Origin: Emcibacter sp.
Lineage (GTDB): Bacteria > Pseudomonadota > Alphaproteobacteria > Sphingomonadales > Emcibacteraceae
Reading direction: 5' to 3'
Assembly (NCBI GenBank): GCA_021647465.1
Contig: JAKIUQ010000001.1
Span: 35,962-99,961, forward strand
Length of the DNA: 64,000 nucleotides
Part shown: piece by piece, positions 47,819 to 58,439 of the stretch
Position numbering within the stretch: the first letter of the stretch is position 1
How the letters are laid out: the number at the start of each line of letters is the position of its first letter
Made by a program: the position numbers and the translations under genes
The notes under the pieces: generated by a model
The model's input: the letters and a program-made list of their open reading frames with translations, nothing else
Database searches by the model: none
What the model was told of the DNA's origin: nothing

Positions 47819-48352
47819 ATGACCACCAAAGACCAAGTAGAGCAAGAAGAGGGGGTTACCCGCCGTGACTTCCTTTATGTTGCAACGGGCGCTGTTGGCG
47901 CAGTAGGCGCTGCCTCTGTCGTCTGGCCCCTTGTAGATCAAATGAACCCGTCTGCCGATGTTTTGGCGCTTGCCTCAGTAGAAGTAGACTTATCCGCGAT
48001 ACCTCTGGGGCAAACATTAAAAATTCTCTGGCGCGGCAAACCAATTTTTATTCGCCATAGAACAGCGGCTGAGATTGAAGCAGCGATTGCGGACAATGGG
48101 GCGATTGATCTGATTGATCCAGAAGATGATCAGGCGCGGGCTGAACGCCCTGAGTGGTTGATCATGGTTGGAGTTTGCACCCATCTTGGTTGTGTGCCAT
48201 TAGATCAACGCGGTGATTTCAACGCTTGGTTCTGTCCTTGTCACGGCTCTCATTATGATATTTCAGGCAGGATCCGCAAAGGCCCTGCCCCGCGCAATCT
48301 TGAGGTGCCGAAATATGCGTTTTTGAACGATACAACGGTCAAGATTGGTTAA
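47819..48352 (+). CDS. petA: Ubiquinol-cytochrome c reductase Rieske iron-sulfur subunit
   Basis: Tat-like N-terminus (TRRDFLY) and Rieske boxes CTHLGC and CPCHGSHYD. Confidence 0.95.
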   Translation: MTTKDQVEQEEGVTRRDFLYVATGAVGAVGAASVVWPLVDQMNPSADVLALASVEVDLSAIPLGQTLKILWRGKPIFIRHRTAAEIEAAIADNGAIDLIDPEDDQARAERPEWLIMVGVCTHLGCVPLDQRGDFNAWFCPCHGSHYDISGRIRKGPAPRNLEVPKYAFLNDTTVKIG

Positions 48353-48362
48353 GGAGGAAAAA

Positions 48363-49631
48363 ATGGGATCATCTAATTATCAGCCGACAAACAAGGCAGT
48401 GAAATGGTTCGAGGATCGTCTGCCGATTCTGGGCCTTATGCATAGCACTCTTGGCGCGGGTTACCTTGCGCCGCGTAATTTAAACTACTGGTGGAACTTT
48501 GGGTCTTTGGCCGGCTTTATGCTCGTCGTGCAAATCATTACCGGCGTAATATTGGTTATGCATTATACGCCGCATGTTGATATGGCCTTTCGGGCTGTTG
48601 AACATATCATGCGTGATGTGAATTATGGCTGGCTGATACGCTATACCCATTCCAACGGCGCCTCCATGTTCTTTGTGGTTGTGTATATTCATATTTTGCG
48701 CGGCATGTATTTTGGATCTTATAAGTCCCCGCGCGAAGTGCTGTGGTTCCTCGGGCTTGTGATATATCTGCTGATGATGGCTACGGGTTTCATGGGATAT
48801 GTATTGCCTTGGGGGCAAATGAGCTTCTGGGGGGCGACGGTTATTACCAACCTGTTTGGGGCCTTTGATTTTTATGAGGGTATGGGCGAAAGCATATTGC
48901 ATCTGTTATGGGGCGGGTTCGCCGTGGATAACCCCACCTTGCAACGGTTTTTCAGCCTGCATTATCTCTTGCCATTTGTTATTGTTGGCGTTGTCATATT
49001 GCATATATGGGCTTTGCATCTTCCGGGCTCTAATAACCCGCTTGGTATTGATGCCAAGGGGCCGGGAGATAAAATTCCCTTTCACCCCTATTATACGGCA
49101 AAGGATTTATTCGGGCTTTCCTTCTTTATCGTGATTTTGGCAATCTTTATTTTCTATATGCCGAATATCATGGGGCATCCGGATAATTATATCGAAGCAA
49201 ATCCGATGGTGACGCCGCCTCATATTGTTCCTGAATGGTATTATCTGCCCTTCTATACAATTTTGAAGGCCGTGCCAGATAAGCTGTTTGGCGTGATCGC
49301 CATGTTTGCTTCCATCCTGATTTTCTTCGTTCTTCCCTGGCTGGATGGATCAAAAATCAGATCGGCTAAATTTCGCCCGACGACGGCTTTCTTCTTCTGG
49401 TTATTCCTGCTCAATACGCTTTATCTGGGGTATTTGGGTACAAAATTACCGGACGAGATCATGATTGATATGGCAGGCGGCATTGATGCGTTAACAATGG
49501 GCCGAATTTCATCCATATTCTATTTCGCCTATTTCATTGTGATTGTCCCTTTGGTCAGTCGCATGGAATCAACCAAACCTGTTCCCATAAGTATTGCCCA
49601 ATCCGTACTTGATGCAAATAAGAAAGGCTAG
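48363..49631 (+). CDS. petB: Cytochrome b
   Basis: [13 protein letters not shown], the heme-ligand His pattern, and [12 protein letters not shown] at 48363 with an AAGGAGG RBS is preferred over TTG at 48345. Confidence 0.95.
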   Translation: MGSSNYQPTNKAVKWFEDRLPILGLMHSTLGAGYLAPRNLNYWWNFGSLAGFMLVVQIITGVILVMHYTPHVDMAFRAVEHIMRDVNYGWLIRYTHSNGASMFFVVVYIHILRGMYFGSYKSPREVLWFLGLVIYLLMMATGFMGYVLPWGQMSFWGATVITNLFGAFDFYEGMGESILHLLWGGFAVDNPTLQRFFSLHYLLPFVIVGVVILHIWALHLPGSNNPLGIDAKGPGDKIPFHPYYTAKDLFGLSFFIVILAIFIFYMPNIMGHPDNYIEANPMVTPPHIVPEWYYLPFYTILKAVPDKLFGVIAMFASILIFFVLPWLDGSKIRSAKFRPTTAFFFWLFLLNTLYLGYLGTKLPDEIMIDMAGGIDALTMGRISSIFYFAYFIVIVPLVSRMESTKPVPISIAQSVLDANKKG

Positions 49632-49633
49632 AC

Positions 49634-50470
49634 ATGTTGAATAGACTAAAAAATATCGGCCTTATGACTTTAGCGGTCTCCGCTCTGACTATTGGGGGCC
49701 TTACCGCCGCCAATGCTGCGGGGGCGAGTGCCTATCCACTTAAAAAATACGACTGGCCTCATGCGGGGCCCTTTGGGATGTTTGATAAACCATCATTGCA
49801 GCGGGGACTTCAGGTTTATAAGGAAGTCTGTGCCTCTTGCCATTCATTGGACATGGTGGCCTTTCGCGAATTGAAAGCTCTTGGATATAATGCGGATGAA
49901 ATAAAGGCTTTTGCCGCAGAATATGAATTCCCCAATGGCTTTGACGATGAAGGCGAAGAAAAATACCGCAAGGGTTTTCCGCAGGATTATTTTCCGGCAC
50001 CATATGCCAATGAGGAAGAGGCCCGCGATGCAAATAACGGGGCGTTTCCGCCTGATTTCTCCCTTCTTGGAAAGTCGCGGGAACATCTGTCTTTATTCAC
50101 GCCCTGGAACAGTATTTACGGTGAAGATTATATCGTTGGTATCCTCAACACCTATCATGAGGACGCGCCTGAGGGTGTCGAACTGGCCGATGGCATGAGT
50201 TATAACGAAGCCTTCCCCGGCAATTTAATCGCCATGGCGCCGCCCTTATTTGATGACATCGTTGAATATGCCGACGGCACCCCCGCCACGACGGAACAGA
50301 TGGCAAAAGATGTGGCAACATTCATGTATTGGGCGGCAGAACCGAAAATGGAAGTGCGTAAAAAGATGGGCCTGAAGGTCATTATTTTCATGTCTATTCT
50401 GACCATCATGCTGTATTTCGTCAATAGACGCGTCTGGAGAAAAATCAAAAAAGGCGATGACCTTGCTTAA
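49634..50470 (+). CDS. petC: Cytochrome c1
   Basis: Signal peptide, CASCHS heme-binding motif and a C-terminal TM anchor. Confidence 0.9.
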   Translation: MLNRLKNIGLMTLAVSALTIGGLTAANAAGASAYPLKKYDWPHAGPFGMFDKPSLQRGLQVYKEVCASCHSLDMVAFRELKALGYNADEIKAFAAEYEFPNGFDDEGEEKYRKGFPQDYFPAPYANEEEARDANNGAFPPDFSLLGKSREHLSLFTPWNSIYGEDYIVGILNTYHEDAPEGVELADGMSYNEAFPGNLIAMAPPLFDDIVEYADGTPATTEQMAKDVATFMYWAAEPKMEVRKKMGLKVIIFMSILTIMLYFVNRRVWRKIKKGDDLA

Positions 50471-50496
50471 GGTTTTTCACCCATAGAATTTATCAA

Positions 50497-50524
50497 AGGG
50501 CTGCCATTTGGCGGCTCTTTTTTA
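50497..50524 (+). terminator. Intrinsic terminator of petABC
   Basis: AGGGCTGCC-ATTT-GGCGGCTCT (9 bp, two wobble pairs) followed by TTTTTATTAT. Confidence 0.7.
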
Positions 50525-50540
50525 TTATAAGGTTACAACA

Positions 50541-51296
50541 ATGTCAGAATTTAAAGACTATTTCTCTACACAATCAAGGGCTTATAGCAGATTTCGGCCC
50601 CAATATCCCGAAGACTTATATGAATATTTATCAGGGTTATGTGAAGACCATGATCTGGCTTGGGACTGCGCAACCGGCACGGGGCAGGCGGCGCGTGGCT
50701 TGTCTGGATATTTCGATAATGTGGTTGCCACGGACGCCAGTGCCGCGCAAATAGCGAATGCGGAAGGGCCAGGCAATGTGGTTTTTCGAAGGGGCCTTGC
50801 GGAGAAAACAGGATTGGCGGCGCAAAGCGTGGATATCATTACCGTCGCGCAAGCCCTGCATTGGTTTGATTTGAACGGGTTTTACAAGGAGGTAAGGCGC
50901 GTTTTAAAACCCAATGCTGTGCTGGCCGTATGGACATATAATCTTTTAGAAGTAGGTGAGGATGACATTGACCAGATCATTAAAAAATTTGATGAAGACA
51001 TTATCGGCGCATATTGGCCGGATGAACGCCAGCTTGTCAGGGATAATTACGCCGCAATGGCTTTTCCCTTCAATGAGACGGATGTAACAATTCCAGAATT
51101 TAATATGACAATGCTTTGGTCGCTGGATGAGCTTATGGGCTATTTGGCCACATGGTCTTCTGTGGTCGCCTATAAGGCCGCCCGGGGCGAAGACCCCTTG
51201 AAGGAAGTTTTTTCAGACCTTTGCGCTGTTTGGGGGGCGGCCAATGATAGGAAAAATATCAAAGGCCCCCTTAGCTTTAAAATAGGCCGCATTTAA
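50541..51296 (+). CDS. Class I SAM-dependent methyltransferase
   Basis: Motif I AWDCATGTGQAA. ATG at 50541 is preferred because the TTG start at 50508 falls inside the petC terminator. Confidence 0.8.
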   Translation: MSEFKDYFSTQSRAYSRFRPQYPEDLYEYLSGLCEDHDLAWDCATGTGQAARGLSGYFDNVVATDASAAQIANAEGPGNVVFRRGLAEKTGLAAQSVDIITVAQALHWFDLNGFYKEVRRVLKPNAVLAVWTYNLLEVGEDDIDQIIKKFDEDIIGAYWPDERQLVRDNYAAMAFPFNETDVTIPEFNMTMLWSLDELMGYLATWSSVVAYKAARGEDPLKEVFSDLCAVWGAANDRKNIKGPLSFKIGRI

Positions 51297-51757
51297 CTTT
51301 TCTGGCTGGCGGCAAAAGCCGCGCGGGTTAAAAACATTCCGGTTGAGGCGAGTGACATGACGGCTTTATTATTTTGGTTTAAGACCGTTACGCTGTATTT
51401 GACAATGCCTAAGCCGGGTTTGCTTTTGGATTCCCGTGCTTCCAGAATTTTGGCGGAAACTTTAAGGTTATCTCCGGCATAAACCGGTCTGGTCCAGCGT
51501 ATATTATCCACACCGGGGGAGCCGATGCTGCTGCTTTTTGTTAAAAGATGGTCACATAACATACGCATCATCACGGCACATGTCATCCAGCCGCTGGCAA
51601 TGAGTGCGCCGTGAAAAGATTTCTTTGCAAATTCCGGATCAGTATGAAATGGTTGGGGGTCATATTTTTGGGCGAATTCGATTATTTCTTTTTCCGTAAT
51701 TAAATAATCACCAAATTCGTCTGTATCACCGACGATGAAATCTTCAAATACTTTCAT
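51293..51757 (-). CDS. MaoC-like (R-specific enoyl-CoA) dehydratase
   Basis: 154-aa hot-dog fold pattern: YDPQPFHTDPEFAKKSFHGALIASGW. Confidence 0.85.
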   Translation of the reverse strand: MKVFEDFIVGDTDEFGDYLITEKEIIEFAQKYDPQPFHTDPEFAKKSFHGALIASGWMTCAVMMRMLCDHLLTKSSSIGSPGVDNIRWTRPVYAGDNLKVSAKILEARESKSKPGLGIVKYSVTVLNQNNKAVMSLASTGMFLTRAAFAASQKS

Positions 51758-51774
51758 ATTAGAGCAACCTATGT

Positions 51775-52878
51775 TTAATTGGCAAAACGAAAATGTAATA
51801 TATCCCCGTCTACAACGATATATTCTTTGCCTTCCAGCCGCATTTTTCCGGCATCCTTTGCACCATTCTCGCCTTTATATTCGATATAATCTGCGTAGGC
51901 AATGGTCTCACTTCTGATAAAACCTTTTTCAAAGTCCGTATGAATAACGCCCGCGGCTTTTGGGGCTGTGGTGTTCTGGGCTACGGTCCATGCGCGGGCC
52001 TCCTTTGGCCCAACGGTGAAATAAGTGATCAGGTCTAATAAACCATAGCCTGCGCTAATCACGCGGCCAAGGCCGGTTTCGCCTAACCCAAGCTCTTGCA
52101 GAAATTCTTTTTGCTCTTCTTTATCATCAAGCTGGGCAATCTCAGCTTCCAAGGCCGCAGAGATAACGACCGACACGGCATTTTCCGCTATGGCTTTCTC
52201 TTCGACCTGCTTGGTAAGGCCATTGCCGGATGCGGCATCATCTTCACTGACGTTACAAACATAAAGCACAGGTTTTGTGGTTAATAGCTGGAGTTCGTTG
52301 ATGAGTTTCTGTTCTTCCTCGTCTGCAGCCTCTATGGTACGCGCGGGGTTGCCTTCTTCCAGAACAGCCAGCAAACGCTCAACCATAATCATGATTGTTT
52401 TGGCATCTTTTTCCTGCCCGCGAATGCGGCGTTCAAGGCCGGCTTTACGTTTCACGAGGCTGTCAATATCTGCCAGCATTAATTCTGTCTCTACTGTTTC
52501 GGCATCAGCGATGGGGTCTATAACCCCTTCCACATGGGTAATGTCATCATCTTCGAAACAACGCAATACATGAATGATGGCGTCTACCTCGCGGATATTG
52601 CCCAAAAATTGATTGCCCAGTCCTTCGCCCTGTGACGCCCCGCGCACAAGGCCGGCAATATCGACAAAGGATAATTGTGTCGGTATGATTTCTTTTGAAC
52701 CAGCGATTTCAGCGAGCAGATTCAGGCGCCCGTCCGGCACAGGAACCTGACCCACATTAGGCTCGATGGTGCAGAAAGGATAATTGGCTGCTGCGGCGGC
52801 AGCTGTATTGGTCAGCGCGTTAAAAAGCGTTGATTTCCCCACATTTGGCAAGCCGACAATACCACATTTGAAACCCAT
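51775..52878 (-). CDS. ychF: Redox-regulated ribosome-binding ATPase YchF
   Basis: MGFKCGIVGLPNVGKSTLFNALT, with the C-terminal TGS-like region ending ...DGDILHFRFAN. Confidence 0.95.
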   Translation of the reverse strand: MGFKCGIVGLPNVGKSTLFNALTNTAAAAAANYPFCTIEPNVGQVPVPDGRLNLLAEIAGSKEIIPTQLSFVDIAGLVRGASQGEGLGNQFLGNIREVDAIIHVLRCFEDDDITHVEGVIDPIADAETVETELMLADIDSLVKRKAGLERRIRGQEKDAKTIMIMVERLLAVLEEGNPARTIEAADEEEQKLINELQLLTTKPVLYVCNVSEDDAASGNGLTKQVEEKAIAENAVSVVISAALEAEIAQLDDKEEQKEFLQELGLGETGLGRVISAGYGLLDLITYFTVGPKEARAWTVAQNTTAPKAAGVIHTDFEKGFIRSETIAYADYIEYKGENGAKDAGKMRLEGKEYIVVDGDILHFRFAN

Positions 52879-52890
52879 AATAAAAATCCG

Positions 52891-53487
52891 TTAATTGTTG
52901 TTTGGTTTAAGTTGCAACCCAATTTCATTTAAAAATTTAGCGCCGCGTGTTTCGCCGGTTCGATCGGCAAGTTTTGGCGCAGCATAGGCCACAGCATCCA
53001 ATAAAGGATCAAGCCATTGGTCATCAGACTTTGCAAAATTGCCAAGCACATGGCCCGTCACGCGATCTTTATTTCCTGGATGACCAATGCCCATTCGAAT
53101 GCGGTGATAGTCTTTGCCCATATGCTGATCTATGCTGCGAAGACCGTTATGGCCTGCATTACCGCCGCCGGTTTTAAATTTAATCCTGGCTTCGGGAATA
53201 TCCAGTTCGTCATAGAAGACAAAAATATCCTCCGAGGCGATTTTGTAAAACCGTGCCGCCTCACTTACCGATTGCCCGGAAAGATTCATAAAAGTCTGCG
53301 GCTTCAGAGCCAGTATTTTCTCTGACCCAAACCGTCCTTCAGAGACTAAACCCTGAAATTGCGATTTAGGCGCAGAAAAATTATGGCGGTGAACAATCTT
53401 GTCCACCGCCATAAATCCGATATTATGCCGATTGTTTTTGTATTTAGTGCCGGGGTTTCCCAGTCCCACAAATAACAACATGGCCAT
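52891..53487 (-). CDS. pth: Peptidyl-tRNA hydrolase
   Basis: VGLGNPG...RHNIGF...[11 protein letters not shown] motifs. Confidence 0.95.
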   Translation of the reverse strand: MAMLLFVGLGNPGTKYKNNRHNIGFMAVDKIVHRHNFSAPKSQFQGLVSEGRFGSEKILALKPQTFMNLSGQSVSEAARFYKIASEDIFVFYDELDIPEARIKFKTGGGNAGHNGLRSIDQHMGKDYHRIRMGIGHPGNKDRVTGHVLGNFAKSDDQWLDPLLDAVAYAAPKLADRTGETRGAKFLNEIGLQLKPNNN

Positions 53488-53514
53488 TCCTTGAAGTGAA
53501 AAAGAGAGTGAAGA

Positions 53515-54168
53515 TTATTCTTCGGTACCTTCTTCTGTTATTTCTTCTTCACCTTCGCCTTCACCTTCGCCGCCCTCATCATCTTCAGTTTCAGAACTCT
53601 TCAGTCCACTTGGGGCAGAGATCATGGCAATGGTGAAATCACGATCATCAATGACCGGTGTCACGCCCTTGGGCAATGTGACGGTGCTGATATGGACGCT
53701 GTCGTTCATTTCAAGTGCTGAAATATCGATCGTGATGGCTTCCGGGATGGCATTGGCCGGGCATGAGAATTCGACCTCATGACGGACAACATTCAAAATG
53801 CCGCCAATTTTAATGCCGGGACATTCTTCTTCGCCGACGAAGTTAATCGGAATCATAATATTCAAACTTGATCCTTTGGCAAGACGCAGGAAATCCACAT
53901 GCATTGGCCAATCGGTCACAGGGTGGAACTGAACATCACGGGGCAAAACGGTTTCTACGTTTTTGCCGACATGAAGTTCGTAGGAAGTGTTCATGAAACC
54001 ACCTTTGTTAAGTTCCTTGACCAGAGCAATCCGGGATAAGGTAACGATGGTTGGTTCTTTTTTGTCGCCGTAAATTACGGCCGGTATTTTGTCTTCTCTA
54101 CGTAACGCACGAGAGGACCCCTTACCCGCTTTTCCGCGCAATTCAGCTTTTATAACTGGACTTGCCAT
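53515..54168 (-). CDS. rplY: 50S ribosomal protein L25/general stress protein Ctc
   Basis: GKGSSRALRREDKIPAVIYG and an acidic GEGE-rich tail. ATG at 54168 with an AGGAG RBS is preferred over the start at 54240. Confidence 0.9.
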   Translation of the reverse strand: MASPVIKAELRGKAGKGSSRALRREDKIPAVIYGDKKEPTIVTLSRIALVKELNKGGFMNTSYELHVGKNVETVLPRDVQFHPVTDWPMHVDFLRLAKGSSLNIMIPINFVGEEECPGIKIGGILNVVRHEVEFSCPANAIPEAITIDISALEMNDSVHISTVTLPKGVTPVIDDRDFTIAMISAPSGLKSSETEDDEGGEGEGEGEEEITEEGTEE

Positions 54169-54321
54169 TTTAATTCTCCTAATTGATAAATAAAGCCATT
54201 GGCCTCCAGGGGTGCCAATGTCAAAGGCCTGCACACTCATTCATAAGAGCACAGACCTTATAGTTCGCAGCTTTTAACGTGAAACGCATTAAAACTCAAT
54301 GATTATTTGTATTTTAACCCG

Positions 54322-55260
54322 TTAATTAAAGAGAACCGAAACGGACTCTTCCGTATTGATGCGCCGGATGGCTTCTGCAAACAATGGCGCGATGCTGACT
54401 TGACGAATTTTTGCGCAATTTGCCACGGCTTCTGAAGCACAAATACTGTCCGTAATTACCACAGTCTCTAATACTGAAGAAGATATCCGCTCCACGGCGG
54501 GGCCGGATAATACGCCGTGGGCAACATAGGCGCTTACGCCGGTTGCGCCGGTTGCTTTTAGGGCCGCTGCGGCATTACACAGCGTGCCGGCGGAATCCAC
54601 AATATCATCGACCAGAATACAATGATAACCATCCACCTCACCGATGACATTCATTACTTCTGAAATGCCGGCCTTTTCGCGGCGTTTATCGATAATGCCA
54701 AGGGGGGCATCAAGGCGTTTTGCATGGGCGCGGGCCCGAACCACACCGCCAACATCCGGTGAAACAACCATTATTTTTTCACCCTTGTCGATGAGGTTTT
54801 TCTGAATATCATTAATTAAAACAGGGGCGGCGAAAAGATTGTCCGTTGGGATGTCAAAAAATCCCTGTATCTGTCCGGCATGCAAATCCATGGTCAGAAC
54901 GCGGTCTGCGCCCGCTGTTGTTATAAGATTTGCCAGAAGTTTTGCCGAAATTGGTGTCCGGGGTCCGGGTTTTCTGTCTTGCCGCGCATAACCAAAATAG
55001 GGGATTACCGCCGTAATGCGATTTGCCGAGGCGCGGCGCAGAGCATCAATGCTCACCAGAAGTTCCATAATATTGTCATTGGCAGGATAAGATGTTGGCT
55101 GAATGACAAAAACATCTTCCCCGCGGACATTTTCCTGAATTTCTATCCAGACTTCTTCGTCTAAGAATCTTTTGATGTCCGCTTTTGTAAGGTCCATACC
55201 AAGGCAACTTGCGATAGCCTTTGCGAGGGGCCGATTGCTATTACCGGACAAAAGTTTCAT
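54322..55260 (-). CDS. prs: Ribose-phosphate pyrophosphokinase
   Basis: [37 protein letters not shown] and [10 protein letters not shown] motifs. Confidence 0.95.
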   Translation of the reverse strand: MKLLSGNSNRPLAKAIASCLGMDLTKADIKRFLDEEVWIEIQENVRGEDVFVIQPTSYPANDNIMELLVSIDALRRASANRITAVIPYFGYARQDRKPGPRTPISAKLLANLITTAGADRVLTMDLHAGQIQGFFDIPTDNLFAAPVLINDIQKNLIDKGEKIMVVSPDVGGVVRARAHAKRLDAPLGIIDKRREKAGISEVMNVIGEVDGYHCILVDDIVDSAGTLCNAAAALKATGATGVSAYVAHGVLSGPAVERISSSVLETVVITDSICASEAVANCAKIRQVSIAPLFAEAIRRINTEESVSVLFN

Positions 55261-55490
55261 AGGTTATTTCCTTATTTAATATATAAATCAATCGCAACAC
55301 ATTGAATCCAGGGCCATTAATATTGATGGAGAATATCCAAAATTGTGGGCTATCCCGGAATGAACACCGCAAAATAACAACTGCATGCTTTAATGTAAAC
55401 TGCAAAAAATACGAGATCCCTGACGTAGCGTGAAAAACAGCAGTTGCCCTATTTTTCTAAAAGATTCAAATAGATATAAATTGTATCACA

Positions 55491-55511
55491 AAAGAGTGAT
55501 GAAAGAGTGAT
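55491..55511 (+). promoter_or_regulatory. 10-bp direct repeat AAAGAGTGAT x2 with 11-bp phasing, upstream of the spondin/PEP-CTERM gene
   Basis: Copies at 55491-55500 and 55502-55511. ATCAC at 55485-55489, 6 nt upstream, is the inverted complement of the GTGAT in the first copy. Confidence 0.3.
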
Positions 55512-55625
55512 TAGTATTCTGTAACAGATTGATCTACTGCTTAATACTCCAAGGTGAAAATCTGGGTTATTTAGGGGGACATAAAAATCCCAAAAAATAA
55601 TTATAAAAAATATTGGTTAGGAATT

Positions 55626-56468
55626 ATGAAAATGAAAAATAAAGTAAAAATATCCATATATGCTGCGGTTGCAGGCTTTTTTTATTTATCTGCGCCAGCG
55701 CAGGCCACCCCTGTCAAGGTTGAAATAACAAACCAGTTTGCGGCTGGTGGGTTGGCTCTGACACCATTTTGGGTAGGGTTCCAAGATGGGTCATTTGACA
55801 CGTTTGATGTTGGGAGTGCCGCGTCTTCCCAAGTGCAAGCCGTCGCTGAAGGGGGGAATACTGCGCCCATCACTGGTTTATTCAGTGCAGGGGCGAGCAA
55901 TGGTGTGCAAGGCACCATCACGGCACCCGCAGGATTTGCCGGCGCACCCGTATTTGAGCCAGGAGAAACAGCATCCGCAATTTTTAACATTAATGCGACT
56001 GACAGCGGTTACTTAAGTTTTCTGTCCATGCTCATCCCGACGAATGATGCTTTCATAGGTAATGACGACCCTATGGCTTATTCCCTGTTTGATAACCTTG
56101 GCAACTTTACCGCTCTGGATATTATCATCTATGGCACTCAGGTATATGATTCAGGTACAGAAGAAAATCTCGGAGATGGATCACCCTTCCTGCCCGGTTC
56201 CGGAGCAGGCACAGCAGAAAATGGTCTTATTGCCCTGCATCCCGGATTGGACCTGGAAGGTGGATTTAGTATTTTCGGCGCACTTACGCCCGCGGGTTAT
56301 ACCGTTCTGGAAGCGGCTGCAGATTTCACAGCATCGCAACTGTTCGAAGTTGCCAGAATTAGGGTAACTCAAGTCTCTGAACCGGCAATGGTTGGTATCA
56401 TGGGATTGGGAATATTGGGCATGATCTCTATGGCTCGCCGCAGAAAAGCACTGATGCTGAAAACATAA
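55626..56468 (+). CDS. Secreted spondin_N-like domain protein with PEP-CTERM sorting signal
   Basis: Signal peptide ...APAQATP. The motifs ITNQFAAGGLALTPFWVGF, SMLIPTNDAFIGND and YDSGTEEN resemble spondin_N. The C-terminus VSEPAMVGIMGLGILGMISMARRRK is a PEP-CTERM motif (PEP, TM helix, basic tail). Confidence 0.75.
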   Translation: MKMKNKVKISIYAAVAGFFYLSAPAQATPVKVEITNQFAAGGLALTPFWVGFQDGSFDTFDVGSAASSQVQAVAEGGNTAPITGLFSAGASNGVQGTITAPAGFAGAPVFEPGETASAIFNINATDSGYLSFLSMLIPTNDAFIGNDDPMAYSLFDNLGNFTALDIIIYGTQVYDSGTEENLGDGSPFLPGSGAGTAENGLIALHPGLDLEGGFSIFGALTPAGYTVLEAAADFTASQLFEVARIRVTQVSEPAMVGIMGLGILGMISMARRRKALMLKT

Positions 56469-56505
56469 TATTTTAAGTGGTGAAGTAAGATGAGTGCCAC
56501 TGGTG

Positions 56506-56550
56506 CATGCCCTGTAAAATTTAAATAACAAAATTTAAAAGCAGGGCATG
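56506..56550. terminator. Long-loop hairpin between the convergent spondin gene and pgeF
   Basis: CATGCCCTG-N27 (AT-rich)-CAGGGCATG, followed by TATTTATTT. Confidence 0.45.
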
Positions 56551-56572
56551 TATTTATTTCATAAAATTGCCG

Positions 56573-57343
56573 TTATCGCCTCATTATGACGGATAGTTGC
56601 CGGCCGTAATCTTGTTCATTATGATGCGTTGTTCTGCGGTAGCTGAAGAAGTTATCCTCATTGGCGTAGGTATCAAAAGACAAAATATCAATGCCCATAA
56701 TGCCGACTTCCTTTAACCGCTTTGTGGCAAAGCCCCTCAAATCGAACAGATGGTGGCCTTCCTTCGGACTATTGATAAAAAATCTTTTATATTCGGCTTC
56801 TTGGTCAATGAAATTTTCCAGAAATTCCGGGCCAACCTCATAATTTTCCTGCGCAATACAGGGGCCGATTGCGGCGCGAATATTTTCGAGGGTGGCCCCA
56901 TTATCACACATTATCTTGACCGTATTTTCAAGAACTCCCGTTAAGGCGCCTTTCCACCCGGCATGAGCCGCGCCAATGATATTATTTGCGGGATCAGCCA
57001 GCAAAACGGGCGCGCAGTCAGCGGTTAAAATACCAAGGGCAACATTTTTTTTCTTAGTCACAAGGGCGTCACCCTTGGGCAGGATATAACCGCCGCTGAC
57101 GTTATCCAGATAATGGACGATATTGCTATGTATTTGATATAGGCCGCAAAGCCTGACATTTTCACCGCCGAGGCTGGTACATATATTCTGACGATTGCGT
57201 TTGACATTCTCTGGCTTGTCATCCGAACCCGGCCCGCAATTTAACGATTTATACAGGCCTGTGGAGCAGCCCCCCCGGCGGGTGAAAAAACCGTGACTGA
57301 TATTATTCATGTCATTCAACAGGGGGCTTTTTAGGGGCGCCAT
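56573..57343 (-). CDS. pgeF: Peptidoglycan editing factor PgeF (YfiH/DUF152 laccase-domain protein)
   Basis: HGFFTRRGG..., LTADCAPVL, HAGWKG and C-terminal FSYRR motifs. ATG at 57343 is preferred over TTG at 57355. Confidence 0.85.
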   Translation of the reverse strand: MAPLKSPLLNDMNNISHGFFTRRGGCSTGLYKSLNCGPGSDDKPENVKRNRQNICTSLGGENVRLCGLYQIHSNIVHYLDNVSGGYILPKGDALVTKKKNVALGILTADCAPVLLADPANNIIGAAHAGWKGALTGVLENTVKIMCDNGATLENIRAAIGPCIAQENYEVGPEFLENFIDQEAEYKRFFINSPKEGHHLFDLRGFATKRLKEVGIMGIDILSFDTYANEDNFFSYRRTTHHNEQDYGRQLSVIMRR

Positions 57344-57344
57344 T

Positions 57345-58439
57345 TCAAACCTCAAATCCTATAACACCTTGAAGGCCGTGATCCGTCAATGCCATAACTT
57401 TAAAGAGTTTCCCCATTTCCTTTTCATCTATTAATCGGTTCAGGGCGCTGTGAATATCTTTTTTCTGTGCCTCTGTAGCATTGAGGCTCAACTTGTCGCT
57501 TCTGGCCTTAATCCCCATTGACTGAAGAAAGCTGCCTTGGGGGATCGCTCCATATGTTTTGATGCCAATTCTTTGGGCAATCTGTTTTAATCGCTGAAAA
57601 TTTACGTGGGTGGTCAGGTCCGCATCACCGGGATTGGTTAATATGTCGCTATATTGATGTCCTTTGACGGCTTGCAGGCTATCTCCGGTGCCGTGGGCAT
57701 CATGACCATAATCAATGATCAGGGCGGCCCCATCATTGATTTTTATATGGCCAGAGATCTCCTCCAGAATATTTTCGCCAATGGCGCAAATCTCCACGAT
57801 ACTTCCGTTTTCAGCCCGGTGGTGGACGGGCGGTATCATCTGTTCTGATGTGGGTATGGGGGCAAGTTGAAAGCAGAGATTTTCATGAGTATCAAGGCAA
57901 ACGAGCCTCTCATGCCAGCCTGTTTCGGTTTTTTGGAACTGGCGAACAGGCAGGGCATCGAAAAACTCATTGGCGATAACAAATATGGGGTCTGTGCCGG
58001 TAATGTCCAAAACTTCATTTATCCGATTATGCCAAAGGGGTTTTATATAAGCTTGCAGGTTTTTTTCCTGTATCCTGCGTAAGGCAGGGGATGTTTCAAC
58101 AAGATGCAGCTTGACCGCATCCAGCAGACCGGGGACGATCTTCATCGATCGTAAGGCGTCCTGCATCAAAGTTCCGCGTCCGGGACCAAGTTCAACAAGG
58201 TGTATTGTCTCGGGCCGGCCCATATTCAGCCAGTTATTGGCCTGCCACAGGCCGATTATCTCGCCAAACATCTGGCTGATTTCCGGCGCGGTCGTGAAGT
58301 CGCCGTCCTGCCCAAAAGGGTCTTGTTTCATATAGTAACCGTGCTGCTCATTACCTAAGGCCTCGGCCATGAAAGTGGCGATTGAAATTGGCCCCTGAAT
58401 TTTTATCAGTTTAATCAAATATTCCTGCAGCGCGTTCAT
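57345..58439 (-). CDS. SAM-dependent methyltransferase, MidA/NDUFAF7 (DUF185) family
   Basis: FTTAPEISQMFGE, LVELGPGRGTLM and ANEFFDALP motifs. ATGA overlap with lgt. Confidence 0.85.
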   Translation of the reverse strand: MNALQEYLIKLIKIQGPISIATFMAEALGNEQHGYYMKQDPFGQDGDFTTAPEISQMFGEIIGLWQANNWLNMGRPETIHLVELGPGRGTLMQDALRSMKIVPGLLDAVKLHLVETSPALRRIQEKNLQAYIKPLWHNRINEVLDITGTDPIFVIANEFFDALPVRQFQKTETGWHERLVCLDTHENLCFQLAPIPTSEQMIPPVHHRAENGSIVEICAIGENILEEISGHIKINDGAALIIDYGHDAHGTGDSLQAVKGHQYSDILTNPGDADLTTHVNFQRLKQIAQRIGIKTYGAIPQGSFLQSMGIKARSDKLSLNATEAQKKDIHSALNRLIDEKEMGKLFKVMALTDHGLQGVIGFEV

